Below, in pieces: positions 55,250 to 64,000 of a stretch of 64,000 bases of DNA (positions are counted from its first letter, which is position 1; every line of letters starts with the position of its first letter). The translations under genes were made by a program, and so were the position numbers. Source of the stretch: Eledone cirrhosa (lineage: Eukaryota); NCBI GenBank assembly GCA_964016885.1, contig OZ024742.1, positions 153,760,001 to 153,824,000 of the forward strand, in the 5' to 3' direction. The notes below the pieces were generated by a model. It searched no databases, was not told the DNA's origin, and worked only from the letters and a program-made list of their open reading frames with translations.

Positions 55250-56750
55250 AATATATAATGTAGATGAATCAGTTGGAGATGCGACAGGAGTAGTGAATGT
55301 TAGGATTTTTCAAATAGCATCCGGCGGTTAATATATTGTCCGTAGAGCTGACATGGCCGACCACAGAGTAAAGTATATTCCGAAATGAAGGATGTATGAA
55401 CAAGTTGGATATGTGCCCAAACGTTTTGATTATATATGTGTGTGTTTTCTTACGCGTGCGTTTTACGTCGTGTAAGATGTTATGTATTGATCAGTAGTAC
55501 ATACATGGGAGAGTCTGGATGCATGAGTGCGTTCAAATAAATGTTAATTTGTGCATGCAGAGTGGGCCCAAACGTCGGTTCGAGTGTTCAGTGACCCCCG
55601 TGTTGCCCTAGTGCGCTGTTGGAGCCTGCCTCCCATTGTACGTATGAACCAAGCACTCGCTATCCGGGAAAATTCAGCACAAACCAAGTGCGATTCCGGA
55701 CTTGAGGTTAATCAAATTATGTTTGAATTTTACTATTTCCATGGCTTCCACTACACAGAGTTTTCTACGGGCAATGCCCACGGAATACGCAGGAGCTTTG
55801 TACTATACCCCAATGTAGCTTGATGTCCTTGCAGCTGTCTTTTAACGTGCAGATTAAATCCGCCAGTCCAGTGGAGTGCCTCTTGGTCCGGTCCTTGAAG
55901 GTGATCGTGTGATTATATATCCTCGACTTAAATATCATGGCTGTTGCGCTGTTATGCATCGTATTCTGTGTTACAACCACCCATTTATACACGATGTTTG
56001 TTACCATGCAATTGCCCTGGAGCAGCCTTTTGTTTTATCACGGCAGATACAAGACGGGGTGTCAGGGTGCCTACTCCGATTTCGTGGTCCAGAATTCGTG
56101 GTGTCATGTGTTACATCCCCTCCATAACAGCCCGTTACCGCGTTGGGGCCTACGGTCGACGTTGCTCTCCGTTGGGTGTCAATGTCAAGGCTCACAGTGG
56201 GTCTCGGTATAGTGGTGTATGAGGTGCACTAAGTGCCAGGGTCAGGAGGGCTTCTCCCAACCACACTTGACAAATCTCCCGTCTATTGCCGGCGACACTC
56301 GAAATCTTGCATTTTCATGGAATTGGTGCTAGCAATATAATCACCAAGTTGGGCGCAGTTGAAAATGAGAATATCACAGTGTGTCGGTTGAACAGTTTGT
56401 GTTATTTATGGGTAGTTGGGTAACACTCATCCAGAGCCTTGAAAAATATCCCGGGTACGTTGGTCCGTACGTGCTTAGAGTAAGACACATTGAAGCACGT
56501 TATATTCCTCGATCTAATCATAGCATGTCCTCTATGCATTGGGGGTATATGTACGTTGTACGGTATTCGTCGTGGTTGTTTACACTTCTATGTCGGATAT
56601 CGCTAGGTTCATCAGTCCCGTACGAGTTGTCGTGGTTATTGTTTATAGTAGAGCGTGGAGAATTTAACTCATGATATTTATTCCTATTCCTATTTACTGT
56701 ACTACTATAGTTGCTGGTGCGCCGTTCATCTGTTCCTACATTGTTGTCTG
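55250..56750 (-). mobile_element. Decayed Naiad-type PLE (family 3)
   Basis: KLFNRHTVIFSFSTAPNL..YIASTN (compare NTIKISYSTTPNLAYHIASTN in family 1) and GNCMVTNIVYK...FKSRIYNH...STGLADLI..LK...LHWGIV...KLCVVE. Confidence 0.75.
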
Positions 56751-56763
56751 CTAACACACACAC

Positions 56764-56881
<118 letters not shown>

Positions 56882-56989
56882 GCGTGTGCGTGTGCGTGTG
56901 TGTGTGTGTGTGTGTAAAAGGAGAGATATAGAGGGACATGTGGAAAAAGGATGAGAGAGAGAGGGAGAGAGAGATAGAGAGAGAGAGAT

Positions 56990-57071
<82 letters not shown>

Positions 57072-57529
57072 TGTTTAAGAAATCAGCAAAGTGTAGATTT
57101 TAAAATTGCACACTCTCGGACACTGCTGCGTTATTTATTATTTTTTGTTAACAATAAATTATTATTTTTTGTTAACGATACATTTTATATAGAGATAGAT
57201 TACCAAAACACCTTGCTTTCCTGAAGATTTTATAGCGCTCCCATCATTGAGGTATGACCGCTTTACATTTTTATGCTGTTATTGACAACATTTTACAACA
57301 AACAAATAGTTATTCTAAATATAATCTAATTGGAATTATTTGCTTAATATTAAAGCGGGCCCAGTGTAGCATGGCTTTTTCTTTAAAATATTTATTGGTC
57401 GCATGAATAAAAACAGAAACATAATATAGTGCTAGTCAACATATAGAGAGAGATATTCTATCCTACCTTCAACAGATTTGAAAATGATAATGATGATAAT
57501 ACCACTACAACTTCAAAAACAACATCAAC

Positions 57530-57562
<33 letters not shown>

Positions 57563-57571
57563 CAGTATTAT

Positions 57572-57636
<65 letters not shown>
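57530..57636 (+). repeat. (TAG)n microsatellite adjoining a SINE tail
   Basis: Direct reading. Confidence 0.9.
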
Positions 57637-57644
57637 TTGGTGAT

Positions 57645-57860
57645 AATATTGGTTTCTGCTTTAGGTACAAGGCCAGCAATTTAATGAGAGGGGGAATGTT
57701 GATTAAATCGACCGCAACGTTACTGGTACTTTATGTTATCAACACCGTAATGTTGAATGACAAAGATAACGTTATTGGGATTTGAACTCAGAGCTTAAAG
57801 GGCCACAGCACTATGGTGCGAAGTACGGTGCTCGACGCTTTACCGATAATGCGAATCTAA
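57645..57860 (-). mobile_element. Diverged SINE (long variant)
   Basis: Core, B box and tail are recognisable. Confidence 0.75.
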
Positions 57861-57968
57861 TTATAATAATACTAATTATCATGCATTAATGTATATATAT
57901 AAGGGTGAAAGCAGTGATTATTTGCTTAAAATTTAATCTGTTATTTTAATAAATATGTATATATATAT

Positions 57969-58163
57969 ATAGGAACGAGTAGGACCCCGACGGCTGAGCT
58001 CAAGCCGTTTCGACGGCTAATTCTGGACTCAGAATTACCCGTCGAAACGGCTTGAGCTCAGCCGTCGGGGTCCTACTTGTTCCTATTATCCACTCTACTA
58101 ATCTAAGTATTGAGTACTTTGGTGCGTGATGGTCCATCTGGTTCCTAACCACATTTCCTTCGT

Positions 58164-58165
<2 letters not shown>
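57969..58165. mobile_element. Second copy of the fold-back HHR-half element, opposite orientation
   Basis: Centre GACGGCTAATTCTG-GACT-CAGAATTACCCGTC directly precedes GAAAC. Same ends as 26979-27161. Confidence 0.82.
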
Positions 58166-58195
<30 letters not shown>

Positions 58196-58300
58196 TTTAC
58201 ACATACACCAATTAAACAAAGTCAGAGGTATATATGTGTTTTGGCAACTGTTCACGTTGTGGCTCAATGAAGAATTAATAAATTAAACAATCAGAGCAAA

Positions 58301-58831
58301 ATACTAGAGTAAAACATGTCCAGAGAATTATTTGATAATATATATACATCATCTCTTCTCCCAATCAGCATAATTAACCACAAAAAGAATCGATTAGACC
58401 AGGCTATAAGAATAACAAGCATCTATGTAGAAATAGTAAATAAATACACCATTTGGGCGTCTTCCCGCACAACCGCTATAGAATATCTACCCAACATTTT
58501 AACAGCACGTGGAAATTAATTAAATATACAGTCAACCATACATAATTATGTAAACATTAATGTTAGAAATGCTTATATACATACCAGGATTAAATCACTA
58601 AATCCTGATTTAATTAATTTCCACGTGCTGTTGAAATGTTGGGTAGATATTCTATAGCGGTTGTGCGCGAAGACGCCGCAATGGTGTATTTATTTATATT
58701 TCTTCATAGATGCCTTTTATTCTTATAGCCTGGTCTAATTGATTTTTTTGTGTGGTTAATTATGCTAACTGGGAATAGAGATGATGTATATATATTATCA
58801 AATCATTCTCTGGACATGTTTTACTCTAGTA
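58301..58831. repeat. Inverted repeat with ~225-bp arms
   Basis: 58301-58525 mirrors 58607-58831. No clear HHR. Confidence 0.8.
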
Positions 58832-58928
58832 TATATACATATAGTAAGAAAAATAAATTTGAAGACTAAAACCAAAGAGGGCTCAATAAGGATAAATATA
58901 TATCAAATATATTAGAACCGTAGAGCAA

Positions 58929-59031
58929 ATATTAATTAGAATAACATATTAAAGTTTAAGCAAAGAATCACCGTTAAGGGTGAAAGCAGAGATTCTTTGC
59001 TTAAACTTTAATCTGTTATTTTAATAAATAT
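58929..59031. repeat. Short palindrome with ACC-GTTAAG-GGT-GAAA at its centre
   Basis: 40-bp arms. The right half recurs at about 57900-57955. Confidence 0.65.
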
Positions 59032-59043
59032 ATATATATATAA

Positions 59044-60109
59044 ATGCGCGGAGCAAGCAATTATCAAACAATCTTTAAATAAATTAAAAAATGATTTAAA
59101 TATTCACCTGTTCTATTGTTGTTACCGACGGTTTCACTAATCAAAAGTTTGGAAATCCAGAGAGTTTTCAATGGAAAGAAGTAGATCTTCAGACAGCTAT
59201 TTCCATACCATAAGGGTGCACATCTCATACTAAGTCAATATTTCGCTTACTGCCCGACGCATGCAGTCATGCCGTTGAATTGACGCACACGAAAAATTAG
59301 GCCACAAGTAAAAAGCGGTTATTATAAACTTGCTGATCATGCCGCTAAAAATAGCAGCGCGATACAACGTTTTGTTCTCTACATAAGGAGAAAAATTATA
59401 AAAGGGTATGGATATTCCAACAGTCACTAGGTACCTACAGAAATATGCATGGTGTTTATAATAGTTGTGGTTCGATGCTACTAATTTGAGATACCAGAAC
59501 TATAAAAATGAGCGGAGCAAGCAATTATCAAACAATCTTTTAAATAAATTAAAAAACGATTTAAATATTCACATGTTCTATTGTTGTTACCGATGGTTTC
59601 ACTAATCAAAAGATTGGAAATCCAGAGAATTTCCAATGGGAAGGATTAGATCAATTTTCTCCTTATGTAGAGAACAAAACGTTGTATCGCGCTGCTATTT
59701 TTAGCAGCATGAACAGCAAGTTTATAATAACCCGATTTTACTTGTGGACTAATTTGGCGTGTGCGTCACTTCAACGGCTTGACCGCATGCGTCGGGCAGT
59801 AAGCGAAATATTGACTTACTATGAGATTTGCACCCTTATGGTATGGAAATAGCTGTTTGAAGATCTAATTCTTTCCATTGGAAATTCTCTGGATTTCCAA
59901 TCTTTTGATTAGTGAAACAATCGGTAACAGCAATAGAACAGGTGAATATTTAAATCGTTTTTTTAATTTATTTAAAAAATTGTTTGATAATTGCTTGCTC
60001 CAGTCATTTTTATAGTTCTGGTATCTCAAATTAGTACCATCGAACCACAACTATTATAAACACCATTCATATTTATGTAGGTACCTAGTGCCTTTTGGAA
60101 TATCCATAC

Positions 60110-60112
<3 letters not shown>
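59044..60112. mobile_element. HHR-bearing ~460-bp unit: partial tandem plus inverted unit
   Basis: 59048-59190 recurs at about 59510-59652, and 59653-60112 is inverted. HHR GCTGT-CTGAAGA-T.CTA...TAG.T-GAAACC(G/A)TCGGTA-ACA(A/G)C at about 59118-59197 (-), and at about 59852-59931 (+, core TTGAAGA). Confidence 0.82.
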
Positions 60113-60191
<79 letters not shown>

Positions 60192-61354
60192 AAGGGGCAA
60201 AGGCTTCAAGAATATCATATTTCCCCATTCCCATGTCGTTTCAATTTGGATTGCCTCGGGAACGTAACCTTATTATGTAAGAAACTGTCTGATGACAGTA
60301 CGGCACTGGGTACGCGGAATTCGCGTGGCCACTGTCGCCATCAAAATATGTATCACAGACTTATTAATAATGGACTTTAACATCTGAAACTACTTTGCAT
60401 TTTCTTATAATCTCTCTCTCTCTTTCTCCCCCTCCCCCTCTCTGTCTCTTTCTCTATTTGTGTCTCCTCCTCTCTCTCTATATATATAATATAAACAGAA
60501 ATACAATTCTATGTGTGCAATTTTGTGATCTGTCAATCATCTGATATATTATGTGCTTGTATTTGTGTATGTATTGTGTTTTTCTAGGAAGCTATTACAT
60601 TTGCAGAATAAATGCCATACTATTAATAGAAAGTAATGAAATCATCTGGATGAAACTAAGTATACTTGCTTCAACCTGAAATAGTTCCTTAATAAATAAG
60701 AGGGATAGAATGTTAAATTTCAAAATAATCATGACATGAAAACGCTAAGTAAAATGTTAACACGGCGGAAATCAAGAGTAGGGACAATATTTTCTGCCAT
60801 AAAATCAAAAGTATTCTCTAAGAAACTTTATAGTATTTTTCTAACAGTTCACGTTCTATCAAGCATAACATGTCAATGTTAAAGATACACCTAGTTACTG
60901 CTCTTGTCTCAGAAATATCTCTCCTAATATTACTGTAGAAATATTTAAGCATTCTGGAACATCTAGAAAGTTGCACTCATTACCAAGAGCCGCAAAGTCT
61001 GAAATAACAACCTTGCACGTTAAGGCAGATATATTCTCATGCCAAAAGAAAACAACATGAAAACTTTAATTATATTTTGGCACTTACTGCAAATGCAATG
61101 AAAATATAGAGTAAAATTTAAAAGCATGACCGCGAACAATCTTAAACTTATTTAGAGGACGGCATTCCGGGCATTCTCATAAATATTTAACTTATTCACA
61201 TATCGGAAACTTCTAACTCTGTATTCTGCATGGACTTATCTCTAAAACGTTGTCGACCTTAAAGCATCATATTTACAGATTTTTCTATTTCAGATTTCAT
61301 TTGACGTATTCAGTTTCTTTCGCTTTTTAATCTCAGCTGAGTATATATATATAT

Positions 61355-61539
61355 AATTTATTCCAGGCTGAATCGGAGGTAACCACAGTAAAATAGGTAC
61401 TCAATACATAGCAGAGTATAACAGTTTTAATATAGATGAGATTCTACAGGACTAGAACTGTTTCATTCTTGAGAAATCATCACAAATCCTGATGATTTCT
61501 CAAAAACGAAACAGTTCTAGTCCTATAGAATCTCATCTC
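61355..61539. repeat. Fold-back fragment centred just 5' of an HHR-like core
   Basis: 61434-61480 mirrors 61491-61539. + arm reads CTGATGA-TTTCTCAAAAAC-GAAACAGTTCTAGTC. Confidence 0.7.
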
Positions 61540-61899
61540 TCTCTGTCTATATATATATATATAGCATGTATTTCATTTTCTTATAGCATTTTAAAAGGTC
61601 CGTCGAGCCGCCAATTATTGAGTCGGGTAGGATCGATACAGATCGAAACTTGAGCTGATCAGTGGCGAGACGCCTGTCACCTACCAATAAATGCAATGTA
61701 GGAGTAATCAATCGTCCTTGGTATCCTTTCAATATATTACACTCTGTATAGCTCTACACCTCAGCACAGAGGTGAACCTAAACATCGAGTGCTCTCCCGG
61801 GTGAACCTGCAGTAACTCCAAGTTACACCTCCTGCATATACATAATATATATATATATATTAGAATGTGAGGTTTTTTTTTACAAAATGAAAAATAACC

Positions 61900-64000
61900 G
61901 AGGTGTCCTACACGAGTGAAAGTATAAAGAAATAAAGATGAAATCGAAAATACAACTGGAGTCTTATTTTAAAAAATATATATATATTTATTTGGTTCCT
62001 TTACCGATTTCGCAGTTCTTCTGCTTTTCAAAAGTAGAGTTCAGATGGAGGGTCTGTGGTTTTTCTCACATCTAGTTGGTCTCTGAATGTTACTTGTTTT
62101 ATATGGACAATGTGGCTCGAAATGCCAGGTTTTTCGAGAAGTAATTTGATTGGTTGGTCAATAATTATAATAAATTTCACGCCAGTTCGCGTTATAAAGT
62201 TCTTCAAACACGGGGGGGGGGGGGTCACAGGTTGTTTTTTTCATATTTGAATTTCTTTTTACTTAAAATAAAGGGGGGCTCACGAAGTTTTTTTCTAATA
62301 AACGTAATTTGATTGGTTAAAAATGAAATTATGGCTGTCATGTGAACAAGTTTTCATTAAATTTTCGCGCCGTTATTTGGAAATCTATTCTGTATCCTTT
62401 TTAGAGAATTTTATGACAAGCAAAAGATAATGGTCAAGAGAAATTGGATGGGAGAATTGTTCTGGTTCAGTGAATATGGTTAGTTCGCTGGGGTGTCAGA
62501 ATTCAGATTTTCTATTGAAGTAAAGAAAGTAAAGATGTGTATGTTTATTTGTGTGCTTGTGTGTGTGTGTGTGTGTGTATATATGTATGTAGGAAAGTGA
62601 TTCTATTAGTAGAAATGGGGGAGGGAGTTGTGTGGGTATGGGTGTTATGTGTGTGGGAGTATGGTTAGCATGTTAAGATGTAGATAATATATATATATTG
62701 TGTGTGTGTGTAGGAAAATGATTCCTTAATAGGAATATTTTTGAATGAACATATTTTCCTTACTTATACGTATTTGTTCTGTTGTATTGTCAGTGCAAAT
62801 GTATGTTAAGGTTTATTTAGTTCGGGTTTTTATTTTCTAAAGTAGAAGGTGTTATGTGCGTGTGTGTATGTCATATTATGGTGTTGACATAATGTATATT
62901 AAACCATATTTAATGCTGGTCTATATTTTTGAATAAACATATTTCCCTTATTTATTCGTATTTGTTCTGTTGTATTGTTAGCGCAAAGGTAAAGTGGGAA
63001 GACTTGAAATGTGGGTGTCTTATTACTTGCGCATATGTCTAGATGTGCGCTTAGAGGTATCTCTCTCGTGGTTGGATCTCGTAATTGTTGGCGATGAACT
63101 GTCATTCTGTTTCGGAGTGTGAGTTTAGTTTGTCCTATATAATCTTCATTGCATCCTTTACATTTAATGGCATAAAGCAGAATTTTTGATGAGCAAGTGA
63201 AGTGATTTTTTACAGTAAAATGTTGTCCTGATTTAAATGTATACGTGTTGCCTTCAATGAGGTGAGTGCAGGTTCCACAATTAGAGCGACCACATTTTTT
63301 TGACAGTTGGTTGTGGGTTTGTGGTAGGTAATTTGGCATTGGTGAGTAATGTTTTTAGTGATTTCGATTGTCTTTTGCTTTTGATTTTTTTGTGTGTTTC
63401 AAGGGCTTTTTTCATTCTTGGATTTTGGTTTAGTAGTGGGGTGTTCTTGTGAATAGTGTTGTAAGCTTCCGCATTTCTTGGGTTGTGTGTCGAGATATAT
63501 GATAGAATATTGGACGTACCTTGAATTTGTTTCTGTTTTCGTAATTCATCAATGCCTATTGCTTTAGCCCTTTCTATTCCATTATTTATTAGTAATGGTG
63601 GGTACTCTCTTTCGAGTAGAATTTCCTTTAGTTGTTGAAGTCTTTTATTTCGCGTTTTGGAGACAATTGTGCAAATTATTCTTGCTAGGTTAAAAGGAAT
63701 GTTCGTCTTCGTGTGCTTTGGTTGGTTGGAGGTGAATAGCAGGTATTGTTTGGAATCTGTTGGTTTGTAGTGTATGTCAGTTTCAATATTTGTGTCTTTT
63801 CTTAAATTAAGATGTCCAGAAATGGGAGTTGATCGTGGCTGTATTCCATTGTGAATTGGATGTGGTTATTGATGACGTTTATTAAGTTTTTGAAATCCTT
63901 CATTTGATCGAGTGTGTGGGACCAAAGAATGAGACAATCATGCAAGTAGCGTTTCCAATTCTCAGATAAATATTTGTGGAAGTTCAATCCGTATTTTGAT
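61900..64000 (-). mobile_element. Neptune-type PLE, decayed, running off the window end
   Basis: WKRYLHDCLILW...IQFTME...LPFLDILI (RT), KPTD, and CGRSNCGTC...FTCSSKILLYAIKCKGCNEDYIGQT...LRNRMTVH (GIY-YIG, 62899-63339). Decayed HHR at 61997-62036 (GCAG-AAGAA-CTGC-GAAATCGGTA). Confidence 0.88.

Noticed and set aside
60284-60335. CTGATGA-CAGT-ACGGC-ACTG followed by an ACGCG/CGCGT hairpin
   Set aside because: GAA is replaced by GGT, the cleavage position is G and there is no stem I pairing.

Overview
AT-rich, microsatellite-dense animal genomic DNA, most likely cephalopod (inferred from the SINE and RTE tails and the (TA)n/(CA)n load). No intact host gene is visible; most ORFs in the track are microsatellite artefacts. 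The window is a retroelement graveyard. It holds a near full-length but decayed Naiad-type Penelope-like element (PLE) with 944-bp direct pLTRs, three further PLE remnants plus a weak fourth, a CRE-clade RLE element, RTE and L1/Tx1 fragments, a non-autonomous Helitron and about 13 tRNA-derived SINE copies. Unannotated by the ORF track is a dense layer of hammerhead ribozyme (HHR) motifs from at least 9 repeat families. These include retrozyme-like tandem arrays and about a dozen fold-back palindromes inserted in (TA)n; every palindrome with a readable HHR has the same polarity. The most unusual signal is a ~560-bp repeat family with two subfamilies, in which the three hammerhead strands occur in reversed, pseudoknotted (non-circularly permuted) order, with compensatory base changes between copies. 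All RNA structures were read by eye and are untested.
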